Part shown: one piece after another, positions 26,847 through 35,111 of the stretch
How positions within the stretch are numbered: position 1 is the stretch's first letter
Layout of the letters: each line of letters begins with the position of its first letter
NCBI GenBank assembly: GCA_965220645.1
Contig: OZ244836.1
Span: forward strand, 2,112,237 to 2,176,236
Reading direction: 5' to 3'
Length of the DNA stretch: 64,000 nucleotides
Source of the DNA: Candidatus Aldehydirespirator sp.
GTDB lineage: Bacteria > Actinomycetota > Acidimicrobiia > Acidimicrobiales > Aldehydirespiratoraceae
Translations under genes and position numbers: made by a program
The notes under the pieces: model-generated
What the model was told of the DNA's origin: nothing
Databases searched by the model: none
Seen by the model: the letters and a program-made list of their open reading frames with translations, nothing else

Positions 26847-27566
26847 GTGAGCGGCCTGGAGTCGGTCGCGGGCGACGCTCGGTCGGGACCGCACGTGCTG
26901 GTGGCCGACGTGGACGCTCCCGAGCTGGCCGGTGAGGACCGGCACCACCTGGAGCGGGCGCTGCGCCTCCGTCCGGGTGACCTGCTGACCGTCGGCGACG
27001 GGGCCGGCCGGTGGCGGCCGTGCCGCTTCTGGGACCGGGTCGAGCCGGTGGGCGATGTTGTGACGGTGGCCGCTCCGAGTCCCTTGTTGGCTGTTGGCTT
27101 CGCGGTGCTCAAGGGCGGACGCTCCGAGACGATCGTGCAGAAGCTCACGGAACTGGGGGTGGACCGGATCGTGCCGTTCGTGGCCGAGCGGTCGGTGGTG
27201 CGCTGGGACGAGGTCAAGGCGGCCAGGCTGGTGGAGCGATGGGGGCGGGTGGCCCGCGAGGCGGTGATGCAGTGCCGCCGTCTGTGGCTTCCGCAGGTGG
27301 AGCCGGTGCGGGCCTTCGAAGATCTCGACCTGGGCGGTGCCGTGCTGGCCCTGTCGGCCGGCCGGCCGCTGCGGGCGGATGAGAACTTCTTGCTGATCGG
27401 TCCCGAGGGCGGATGGACCGAGGCCGAGACGGACGCGGTGCCGCGCCATGTGGCCCTCGGCCCGCACGTGTTGAGGTCCGAGACGGCCGCGATCGCTGCG
27501 GCGACCGTGCTGGCCGCCCGCCGCAGCCGCCACTTGCCGGTCGCAGGAGGTGTCAACGGGGACTGA
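26847..27566 (+). CDS. rsmE: 16S rRNA (uracil1498-N3)-methyltransferase RsmE
   Basis: 239 aa. C-terminal LIGPEGGWTEAE and LGPHVLRSETAA motifs. Confidence 0.85.
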   Translation: MSGLESVAGDARSGPHVLVADVDAPELAGEDRHHLERALRLRPGDLLTVGDGAGRWRPCRFWDRVEPVGDVVTVAAPSPLLAVGFAVLKGGRSETIVQKLTELGVDRIVPFVAERSVVRWDEVKAARLVERWGRVAREAVMQCRRLWLPQVEPVRAFEDLDLGGAVLALSAGRPLRADENFLLIGPEGGWTEAETDAVPRHVALGPHVLRSETAAIAAATVLAARRSRHLPVAGGVNGD

Positions 27567-27813
27567 CGTCGTTGATCGTGAATTCGGCTTCCGGAGCGCT
27601 GGGGGTCTGGCTGGAGTCGTAGCCGGGGGTCGGAACGGCGCCGATGTCGCTGATCCTGAACTCGGCCGGCGGCGCCGGGCCGATGTCGCCGATGGAGTAG
27701 GGGACGGTGCTGGCTGTGGCGGCGGCTGTGGTCGATGCTGCGGCCGCGGTCGACACCAGGGCTGCTGCCAGCCAACGGCCGGCAACGCCGACGACTCGAC
27801 CGGCGATGGTCAT
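27553..27813 (-). CDS. Small secreted hypothetical protein
   Basis: Start MTIAGRVVGVAGRWLAAALVSTAAAAS (signal-like) overlaps the stop of the upstream gene as ATGA. The ORF-track start at 27876 lies inside the upstream gene. Confidence 0.4.
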   Translation of the reverse strand: MTIAGRVVGVAGRWLAAALVSTAAAASTTAAATASTVPYSIGDIGPAPPAEFRISDIGAVPTPGYDSSQTPSAPEAEFTINDVSPR

Positions 27814-29114
27814 GAGGCGTCGCCGGGGTTGAACAGCCGCGAGCCTGCCGTGGTGTAGACCCGGAGCAGGTCGCACTCGCCGTGAGCGACCGCCTCCGCG
27901 CCGGTGGGCGAGTCCACGCTCCAGCGCACGGGCAGCGCGATGGTCTCGCCCGGAGCGGGCCAGGCGTCGAACAGCACTATTCCGCCGGTGCTGGGACGCA
28001 CGATCGCCGCAGTGGCCTGACCGTCGCAGTCCCAGTCTCCGGTCTCCACGAAGTCCCCGGTGGTGCCTATCGTGTAGCGGCGCCCGCCGTGCTCAAGCAC
28101 CGCAGCCGCCTCGCTCACCGATACCGCTCCATCCGATGCTGCGTCGATCCGGCCGGGGTCGTCGGTCGGTTCTGTGATCTGGCTGGGGTCGCCTATTGGT
28201 TCGGTTGTGTCGATCTGGCCGGGGTCGTTGGCCGGTTCGGTTGTGTCGATCTGGTCGGGGTCGTCGGTCGGCTCTGTGATCTGGCTGGGGTCGCTTGTTG
28301 GTGCCGTTGCATCCGCCGAGTTGGACTCGTCGAGGTAGCCGGTTCCAGTTCCGGCAAGGCCGCTTGAGACTTCGGCCGATGCCACCGCCACAGTTGTCGG
28401 TGTGGGCTCCGGGACCTGGCTTCGGGTGCCTACCACGAACGCCGCGATGACTGCAGCGACCACGGAGCCGACCACGATCAGCGACTTGGGCCTGCAGCGC
28501 CTCTGGACGCCCGCGAGTACACCGCCGCCGACCGCACGGACCGGCTCCGATCCGGTCGGTCGCTTGGCTGCGAGCAGGTCGAGTCGCCTGGCGAGCTCGC
28601 GTGCGCTGAGCCTTCCGGCTCTGGCCGCGTCGGCCAGCGAGGACAGCTTCCCGGCGAGGGCTCCTCTCCCCAGCGCCGGGTCGTGGCAGAGATCGGCCAG
28701 CGCGGCCAGGTCGGTATGGCGGTTCTCGGGTGTGGCTTCGGCGGCAGAGGTCAACCCGCACAGCACGGGGCGGTCGTTCTCGCCGTGCAGCACGTGCGGC
28801 GCGGTGATCTTGAGGTGAGCGACGCCCATCTGGTGGAGGTCGGCCACCACCGCAGCCAGCGCGGCCATCCCCGCAGCCCGTTCGGCGGGATCGGTCAGCG
28901 CCCGGGTGGCCCACGTGTCGGAGTTGACGAACTCGGTGTGCAGGGCACGCCCGCCGTCCGCAGCCTCGACGATGTCGATGAAGCGCACCAGTCCCGGGTG
29001 GTTGAGACGCTGGAGCAGATCTGCCTCCCGCTCGACCTCGCCGGCCCGTTCCGCCGGGACGTGCTTGACCGCGATCAGCCGGCCCTCCGACCGGCTGACC
29101 GTCACGGCCGCCAC
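27810..29114 (-). CDS. Membrane-anchored kinase-like protein (probable pseudokinase) with extracellular repeat region
   Basis: Kinase subdomain-like AVKHV..E..LLQRLNHPGLV. The catalytic-loop position reads VAHLKITAPHVL (no HRD Asp), and there is no Gly-rich loop. One TM (LIVVGSVVAAVIAAFVV). DPxQI(D)T(T)EP repeats. Confidence 0.5.
   Translation of the reverse strand: MAAVTVSRSEGRLIAVKHVPAERAGEVEREADLLQRLNHPGLVRFIDIVEAADGGRALHTEFVNSDTWATRALTDPAERAAGMAALAAVVADLHQMGVAHLKITAPHVLHGENDRPVLCGLTSAAEATPENRHTDLAALADLCHDPALGRGALAGKLSSLADAARAGRLSARELARRLDLLAAKRPTGSEPVRAVGGGVLAGVQRRCRPKSLIVVGSVVAAVIAAFVVGTRSQVPEPTPTTVAVASAEVSSGLAGTGTGYLDESNSADATAPTSDPSQITEPTDDPDQIDTTEPANDPGQIDTTEPIGDPSQITEPTDDPGRIDAASDGAVSVSEAAAVLEHGGRRYTIGTTGDFVETGDWDCDGQATAAIVRPSTGGIVLFDAWPAPGETIALPVRWSVDSPTGAEAVAHGECDLLRVYTTAGSRLFNPGDAS
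28141..28300. repeat. ~36-bp in-frame tandem repeats (about 4-5 units) inside the kinase-like gene
   Basis: Encodes DPSQITEPTDDPDQIDTTEPANDPGQIDTTEPIGDPSQITEPTDDPGRID. Confidence 0.7.
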
Positions 29115-29277
29115 AGCCTGACCCCTGTTCTCGCGGTCGGTGTGTCACAGCATCGCAGTAGAACTTCAAACATGTACATAACAGTAAAATACATGACATT
29201 GATTCATACTGCAACTGAAGGGCTGCGAAGTGTGCTGGCCGCCCTGCTGGTTCGAACTCGCCCGGTAGCCTTGGACG

Positions 29278-30684
29278 GTGGCCGGTCCGCAGATTGTGGC
29301 TGTCGCGTCCGGATCTCCGGCCGAGCGGGCAGGGCTGAGGCCCGGAGACGGGGTCGCGGCCATCGCCGGGGAGGCGCCCCGCGACGTCATCCGCTGGCAG
29401 CTGCTGAGCGACGGAGCCGAAGTCCGGATGGACGTGGAGCGCGACGGCGAGAGCTTCACCGTGACGGTCACCAAGCAGGAGGGCGAGCCCCTCGGCGCGG
29501 AAGTAGACACCGCCGTGTTCGACGGGGTGCAGACCTGCGACAACCACTGCGAGTTCTGCTTCGTGCACCAACTGCCGAGGGGGATGCGCCGCTCGCTGTA
29601 CCTCAAGGACGACGACTACCGGCTGTCGTTCCTCTACGGGAACTTCACCACCCTCACCCGGTTCACCGAGCTCGACTACGAGCGGGTGGTGACCGAGCGG
29701 CTGTCGCCGCTGTACGTGTCGATCCACGCCACCGACCCCGACGTGCGGGCCGCGATCCTCCAGAACCGGCGCGGGGCAATATCACTGCGCTGGCTGCGGC
29801 TCCTGCTCGGCGCGGGCATCGAGGTGCACGGCCAGGTGGTGGTGTGCCCGGGCGTCAACGACGGCGGTGTGCTGGCCGACACCCTCGCGGGCGTGCTCGA
29901 CCGCTTCCCGGAGCTGCGGACGCTGTGCGTGGTGCCCCTCGGGCTGTCGAGGTTCAACCGTCAGTCCAGGATGCGGCTCCACACCCGGGCCGAGGCCGCC
30001 GCGGTGGTCGATCTTGTCGAGAGTTGGCAGTCGGTGTTCCTGCGGGTCCTCGGTCGCCGGCTGGCCTTCGTGGCCGACGAGTACTACCTGATGTGCGGGC
30101 GCGGGTTCCCGGCCGCGGAGCACTACGAGGGCTTCGACATGCACGAGGACGGCATCGGCATGGCCCGAGCCTTCGAGACCGAGTTCTCGGAGGAGGGCCA
30201 TGCGCCCACCGCGCCGCGCTCGGGTTTCTTCGCCTGGGTGGACGGCGCGCCGGCCGACGGCTACCGCGCTCCCCGCCAGGGCTCCGCCGCCGAGGTGGTG
30301 GCTGGACCGAACGGCTCACCGGTGGCGGTGTCGCTGGGGCCGCGCCGCGCCCGCCGGGACACGCCCGTCGCGGTGCTCACCGGGACCCTGGGCGCGGAGG
30401 TGGTGTCGCCGCTGGTGGCCTCGCTGGGCCGCCACGACGCCCGCGTCGTGCCGGTCGAGAACCGCTTCTTTGGCGGCAACATCGGCGTGACCGGGCTGAT
30501 GGTGGGCACCGACATCGCCCGAGTCCTCGCCGACGAGCCGGAGGGCGACCGCTACCTGCTGCCCGACGTGTGCCTCAGCCGAGGTCGTTTCCTCGACGGG
30601 ATGGCCACCCAGGACCTTCCCCGCCCGGTGGAGGTGGTGTCCACCCACGGCAGGGCGCTGCGACTGGCGCTGGAGACGTCGTGA
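29278..30684 (+). CDS. PDZ + radical-SAM-like DUF512 protein
   Basis: N-terminal PDZ-like (GSPAERAGLRPGDGV), CDNHCEFC (CxxxCxxC) motif. Stop overlaps the der start (GTGA). Confidence 0.7.
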   Translation: MAGPQIVAVASGSPAERAGLRPGDGVAAIAGEAPRDVIRWQLLSDGAEVRMDVERDGESFTVTVTKQEGEPLGAEVDTAVFDGVQTCDNHCEFCFVHQLPRGMRRSLYLKDDDYRLSFLYGNFTTLTRFTELDYERVVTERLSPLYVSIHATDPDVRAAILQNRRGAISLRWLRLLLGAGIEVHGQVVVCPGVNDGGVLADTLAGVLDRFPELRTLCVVPLGLSRFNRQSRMRLHTRAEAAAVVDLVESWQSVFLRVLGRRLAFVADEYYLMCGRGFPAAEHYEGFDMHEDGIGMARAFETEFSEEGHAPTAPRSGFFAWVDGAPADGYRAPRQGSAAEVVAGPNGSPVAVSLGPRRARRDTPVAVLTGTLGAEVVSPLVASLGRHDARVVPVENRFFGGNIGVTGLMVGTDIARVLADEPEGDRYLLPDVCLSRGRFLDGMATQDLPRPVEVVSTHGRALRLALETS

Positions 30685-32018
30685 AGCCGGTGGTGGCCGT
30701 GGTCGGGCGGCCCAACGTCGGCAAGTCGACGCTGGTGAACCGCATCCTGGGGCGCCGGGAGGCGATCGTCGAGGAGCGTCCGGGCGTCACCCGCGACCGC
30801 AAGGCGGTCGACGCCGAGTGGCAGGGTCGCCGCTTCACGCTGCTCGACACCGGCGGATGGACTGCCACCGGCGACGGGCTCGACGCCAAGGTGAGCGCCC
30901 AGGTCGAGCGGGCCGTGCGCGAGGCCGACGCGGTGCTGTTGGTGGTGGACGCCTCGGTGGGTCTGACCGCCGACGACGAGCAGGTCGCCCGGGTGTTGCA
31001 CGCCGCGGACGTGCCGGTGCTGGTGGTGGCCAACAAGGTCGACCATGCCCGACACGCCGACTCCGCCTGGGAGTTGCTCGGGCTCGGTCTGGGCACCCCG
31101 CACCAGGTGAGCGCGCTGCACGGCCTCGGCACCGGCGACCTGCTGGAGGAACTTGTCGCCCGCCTCGACGCGGCCGTCACCGCATCGGCGCAGGACGCGC
31201 CAAGCGGATCGGCTACGGCTGGCGACGTCCTGGCGGCGGCCGTGTCCGAGTCGTACTCGGTGGTGCTGGTCGGCCGGCCCAACGCCGGCAAGTCGACGCT
31301 GTTCAACCGGCTGATAGGGGAGGACCGCGCCATCGTGCACGACCTTCCCGGCACCACCCGCGACGCCATCGACACCCTCATCGAGACCGAGGAGGGACCG
31401 GTCCGCTTCATCGACACCGCCGGGATGCGCCGCCGGGCGCGCATCGACTCGGGCACGGAGTACTACTCGCTGGTGCGGGCCCTGCGGGCGGTGGACACCG
31501 CGGATGTTGCCCTGCTGGTGCTCGACTCGTCGGTCGGGGTCACCCATCAGGACCAGCGCCTGGCCGAGCGGGTGGACGCGGCGGGCTGCCCGATCGTGAT
31601 CCTGCTCAACAAGTGGGACCTGATCAGCACCGAGGCCCGGCTCGACTTGGGCCGTGACGTCAAGGACAGGCTGGGTTTTCTGGGCGATCCGCCGGTGCTG
31701 CGCATCAGCGCGCTCAGCGGCAAGGGCGTCACCAGGCTGTGGCCGTCGCTTAGCGCGGCGGTGGCCGAGTACCGCACCCGCATCCCCACCAGGAGGGTCA
31801 ACGAGGTCGTGCGGGCCGCCCAGGGTGCCCAGCCCGCGCCCGGCGGGGCCCGCATCCTGTACGCCACGCAGGTGGCCACCGACCCGCCCACGTTCACGCT
31901 GTTCGCCAACCGCACCCTGCCCCGCACGTACCTGCGCTATATCGAGCGCAAACTGCGCGAGCACTTCGACCTCGGGGTGACCGCGCTCAAGTTCAGGGTC
32001 CGCCGCCGCGACGAGTAG
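30681..32018 (+). CDS. der: Ribosome biogenesis GTPase Der (EngA)
   Basis: Two G domains (GRPNVGKST...DTGG...NKVD; GRPNAGKST...DTAG...NKWD) and a KH-like C-terminus. Confidence 0.95.
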   Translation: MKPVVAVVGRPNVGKSTLVNRILGRREAIVEERPGVTRDRKAVDAEWQGRRFTLLDTGGWTATGDGLDAKVSAQVERAVREADAVLLVVDASVGLTADDEQVARVLHAADVPVLVVANKVDHARHADSAWELLGLGLGTPHQVSALHGLGTGDLLEELVARLDAAVTASAQDAPSGSATAGDVLAAAVSESYSVVLVGRPNAGKSTLFNRLIGEDRAIVHDLPGTTRDAIDTLIETEEGPVRFIDTAGMRRRARIDSGTEYYSLVRALRAVDTADVALLVLDSSVGVTHQDQRLAERVDAAGCPIVILLNKWDLISTEARLDLGRDVKDRLGFLGDPPVLRISALSGKGVTRLWPSLSAAVAEYRTRIPTRRVNEVVRAAQGAQPAPGGARILYATQVATDPPTFTLFANRTLPRTYLRYIERKLREHFDLGVTALKFRVRRRDE

Positions 32019-32141
32019 CGGGGCGGGCGGGCGAGTCTGCGGCGTCCGAGGGCCCCGAGCGCGACGCTGCGATCGTCGGGTCCCTCCTAGGCGGTACGAT
32101 GATGGCGGCAGCGGGCCGCTGAAACGAGGGGAGGGGCGCGC

Positions 32142-33221
32142 GTGGTAACGATCGTTCTCGATCTGCTGGCCCTGAGTTGCGCGCTCGCCACCGTGTTCTA
32201 CATCCGGTCGGCCCGCCACCGGCAGCGGTTCCTGCGCTTGATCGAGGGCGACCCCGGCACCCATCCCGAGGCGCTGACGCTGGCGGAGGCATCGTTCCGC
32301 AAGGAGGTCCACGGAGCGGTCGTCTACGGGCTGCTGGTGGTGGTGGCGCTGCTGGTGGGCCGAGTGGATGTGGCCAACATCACGGTCGTGCTCGCGCTGC
32401 TGGCGGTGCCCGCGGTGATGTCGGTGTGGTGGGCCCGAACCGCCGTGCAAGAGGCCCGGATGGCCCGCAACCGGTATGCGCTGGAGCGCCGGGCCGAGCA
32501 GGCCCTCGAGCAGGAGCAGCTTGCGCCCAAGGCGTGGGCGGCCCGGTTGGCGCCCGAGGAGGTGCCCGACTTCAGCGGGTTCGAGATCGGCCGGGTCTAC
32601 CAGGCGGGATCGGGTCTGATGGCCGGCGACTTCTTCGACGTGCACCGGGTGGGGCGCCACCGGGTGGCCGCGGTCATCGGCGACGTGGCCGGCCACGGCA
32701 TCGAGTCGTCCATCACTGCGTTCCAGGCCAAGTATCTGCTGAGGGTGTTCCTGCGCCAGTTCCGTGACCCGGCCCAGGCCTTCGAGGAGATCAACGCGCA
32801 GTTGGCGGCGGGGGACCGCAACGAGGAGTTCATCTCGGCGTGCGTGGTGGTGTTCGACACCGAGGCTGGCACGCTGCGCTACTCCTCGGCTGGGCACCCG
32901 GCCGTGTTCTTGTTCCAGGAGGATGGGTCCAAGCCGCTGCGCTCCACCGGTCCGCTGCTGATGCTCGACCCCCAGGCGACGTACTTCTCTAGGGAGATCC
33001 CGATGGCGTCGGGCGATCTGGTGGTGATGTACACCGACGGCCTGGCCGAGGCCCGAGCGGGGAGCCAGCAGTTCGGCGAGAGCCGCATCATCAAGTCGGT
33101 GGAGCGCGACCTGAATGCGTCGCCGGATGTGCTGTGCAAGTCGCTGCTGGACGCGGCCAAGGACTTCGCGGGCGGCTCGATCGGCGACGACACTGCCATC
33201 ATGGCCATCCGCCGCGACTGA
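32142..33221 (+). CDS. PP2C/SpoIIE-family serine phosphatase with N-terminal TM segments
   Basis: Three N-terminal hydrophobic helices, then GDFFDV, GDVAGHGIESS, YTDGLAEAR, DDTAIMAI. Confidence 0.8.
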   Translation: MVTIVLDLLALSCALATVFYIRSARHRQRFLRLIEGDPGTHPEALTLAEASFRKEVHGAVVYGLLVVVALLVGRVDVANITVVLALLAVPAVMSVWWARTAVQEARMARNRYALERRAEQALEQEQLAPKAWAARLAPEEVPDFSGFEIGRVYQAGSGLMAGDFFDVHRVGRHRVAAVIGDVAGHGIESSITAFQAKYLLRVFLRQFRDPAQAFEEINAQLAAGDRNEEFISACVVVFDTEAGTLRYSSAGHPAVFLFQEDGSKPLRSTGPLLMLDPQATYFSREIPMASGDLVVMYTDGLAEARAGSQQFGESRIIKSVERDLNASPDVLCKSLLDAAKDFAGGSIGDDTAIMAIRRD

Positions 33222-33225
33222 GCCC

Positions 33226-33471
33226 ATGGCATGGTGCCGGTCCTGCGAGCGATACCTGACACCGGCCACGCTCACCGCTGAGGGCGCCTGCCCGTCGTGC
33301 GGCAACGAAGTCCAGCACCCAACTGAGTATCAGGCTTCGGACACCGGCCCGTCCGACAGCCCGGCTGACGTAGCCGCCGAGCGGATCCCGTGGCACTTCT
33401 GGCTGCTGCTGGCCGGGGCCGCGGTCTACCTGGTGTGGCGGGCGGTGCAGGGTGTCGCCCTGTTGCTGTAG
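33226..33471 (+). CDS. Small zinc-ribbon membrane protein
   Basis: CRSC...CPSC pairs and a C-terminal TM (WHFWLLLAGAAVYLVW). ATG at 33226, 5 bp after the phosphatase stop. Confidence 0.45.
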   Translation: MAWCRSCERYLTPATLTAEGACPSCGNEVQHPTEYQASDTGPSDSPADVAAERIPWHFWLLLAGAAVYLVWRAVQGVALLL

Positions 33472-33490
33472 CCGCTAACCTCGGCCCCTA

Positions 33491-33565
33491 CGGGCTGTGG
33501 CGCAGCTTGGTTAGCGCGTCGGTCTGGGGGACCGAAGGTCGGGAGTTCAAATCTCCCCAGCCCGA
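33491..33565 (+). tRNA. tRNA-Pro (anticodon GGG)
   Basis: Acceptor CGGGCUG/CAGCCCG, anticodon arm UCGGU-CUGGGGG-ACCGA with G37, T-arm GGGAG-UUCAAAU-CUCCC. Confidence 0.85.
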
Positions 33566-33826
33566 CAAAACCGCGGAGTTCGCGATCACAAAACCCCAGG
33601 TCAGAGGTTCGCGGGTCGCGCCGAAACCGGATTGCTCAGCAGTTTCCTCGGCCGACAGGGCCTTCAGGAGTTGGGGTGCTCGTTTCGTGGTGACGGTCAG
33701 CCTGCGGGTTTGGCCGTTGCGGTGGGATTCGACCGTGATCACCCTCTCGCCACCCAGGGAGCATAGAAGGTCGCGCCGTTTGCCCTTGAGGTCCCAGCCC
33801 CCGTCGTCGGTTGCCGAGGGCGAGGG

Positions 33827-34903
33827 TCAGGTGGCGGTCACCGGGGGGTGGGTGCGCAGGAAGTCCAGGGCCTCGCCGGCGGTGTCGACCACGCCGATCA
33901 TGGCCGCGTAACGGCGGTCGCCTGCGAGCTGGCGCAGCAGTGGGACGGCGGGCAGCGCCTCGGTGAAGAACCTTCGGCCCAGGAAGACCATCGGGCTCAC
34001 CGCGCCAAACACCTCGTAGTGGTTCTGGGTGGCGTCCAGGAAGACCTCGCCGATGGTTCCGGCCGAACCGGGTGTGAACACCACGCCGCGGGTGGCGATG
34101 GCCAGCAGGCCGTCCTCGCGGATCGAGTTGGCGAAGTATTTGGCGATATGGCTGGCAAACGGGTTGGTCGGCTCATGGCCGTAGAACCAGGTGGGAACCG
34201 CTAACGACTCCCCGCCGTCACCGAAGGCGTCCAGCACGGCCTGTCCTGCGGCCCGGTAGAGCTCGCCGCGGTGGTAGTCGGGGGCGCCCGCGAGCAGCGC
34301 GATAGCGGTGTCGGTGTCGTCGTCGGTGTAAGGGGAGAGCCACGCGCCGAGGTTGGCTGCCTCCATTGCTCCGGGTCCGCCGCCGGTGGTCACGTGCCAG
34401 CCCGCCCGGGCCAGTTCCCGTCCCAGCGCTGTTACCGAGCGGTAGCCGTCGTCACAGCGCTGCAGGTTGTGGCCGCCCATCACGGCCACGACCTCGCGAG
34501 CCGCGAGGTGGCCGTGCAGGGCATCGTCGATGGCGTGGTCGTGCAGGCGCCGGGCCAAGGCGTCCATGACGGGCAGGTGCGACCCCCGCGGATGGCGGCT
34601 GGCCCACCGGTAGATGGCGAGATCGATCTCGGGAGTCAGCTCCGCCTGGGAGTAGAGCCGAGGCCGGTAGGGGTTGAAGGGCAGGTCTCGCAAGGGCGGA
34701 AGCACCACCGCGCCGCTCGCGAGCACATGGCGGAGCGTCTCGTCGCTCATCGCCGCGCCGAGGAAGGCGGCGCCTGGGCAGGCCGCCGTCCGGAGCTCGT
34801 CGGCGCGACCGCGCAAGTCGATGCCCTGCACCACCGCATCGGCGAGAGTGCCGTGGCGGCGCAGGTGGGCGTCGAACTCGGCGAGCGAGTGGATGTGGCG
34901 CAT
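33827..34903 (-). CDS. LOG/Rossmann-fold nucleotide-binding family protein (PpnN/YgdH-like, tentative)
   Basis: GGHNL...TGGGPGAMEAANLGA and PGSAGTIGEVF motifs of the LOG/TIGR00730 fold. Start placed at ATG 34903 (MRHIHS...). The ORF extends to 35077. Confidence 0.6.
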   Translation of the reverse strand: MRHIHSLAEFDAHLRRHGTLADAVVQGIDLRGRADELRTAACPGAAFLGAAMSDETLRHVLASGAVVLPPLRDLPFNPYRPRLYSQAELTPEIDLAIYRWASRHPRGSHLPVMDALARRLHDHAIDDALHGHLAAREVVAVMGGHNLQRCDDGYRSVTALGRELARAGWHVTTGGGPGAMEAANLGAWLSPYTDDDTDTAIALLAGAPDYHRGELYRAAGQAVLDAFGDGGESLAVPTWFYGHEPTNPFASHIAKYFANSIREDGLLAIATRGVVFTPGSAGTIGEVFLDATQNHYEVFGAVSPMVFLGRRFFTEALPAVPLLRQLAGDRRYAAMIGVVDTAGEALDFLRTHPPVTAT

Positions 34904-35111
34904 CACGTCAGAACTCGCAGCGGCTCTTGCGGTTGCTTCCGGGGATTGCTGGCGGCCGGGTCTGTCTCGGGACTGCCCGCTTGGACACCCTAGGGTGTTC
35001 CGAGTTGCGTGAGCACCCCAGTGCTGTTCGGATATGCCCATGGATCCTGGGAACTGATCCGTGCCTTGTGTCGTCATAACCTCCCGACTGCACTAGGAGG
35101 GCTGCCAATCC

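Noticed and set aside
25439-27775. 778-aa minus-strand ORF spanning dnaJ and rsmE. Similar long antisense or alternative-frame ORFs occur at 5394-6401(-), 16456-17559(+), 18500-20101(-), 19465-21324(+), 20243-21751(-), 28093-29727(-) and 37659-39101(-).
   Set aside because: Their translations are Arg/Pro/Gly/Ala-rich low-complexity strings typical of open non-coding frames in high-GC DNA. Each one overlaps a gene with clear family motifs on the other strand or in another frame.
28683-30680. N-terminal 666 codons of the 1111-aa plus-strand ORF 28683-32018.
   Set aside because: Only the last 445 codons (from GTG 30681) are Der. The upstream part is antisense to the kinase-like gene and out of frame with the DUF512 gene, and its translation is R/G/P-rich.
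30552-33305. 917-aa minus-strand ORF antisense to der and the PP2C phosphatase.
   Set aside because: Same reasoning: no motifs and a biased composition. The plus strand carries unmistakable Der (double G-domain) and SpoIIE/PP2C genes.
33566-33826. Second integrated element or att site downstream of tRNA-Pro. The region is a 260-bp non-coding stretch, and the minus-strand translation ...ITVESHRNGQTRRLTVTTKRAPQ... looks like a gene remnant.
   Set aside because: No repeat of the tRNA-Pro 3' end is visible elsewhere in the window, no integrase is nearby, and I cannot assign the fragment to a family.
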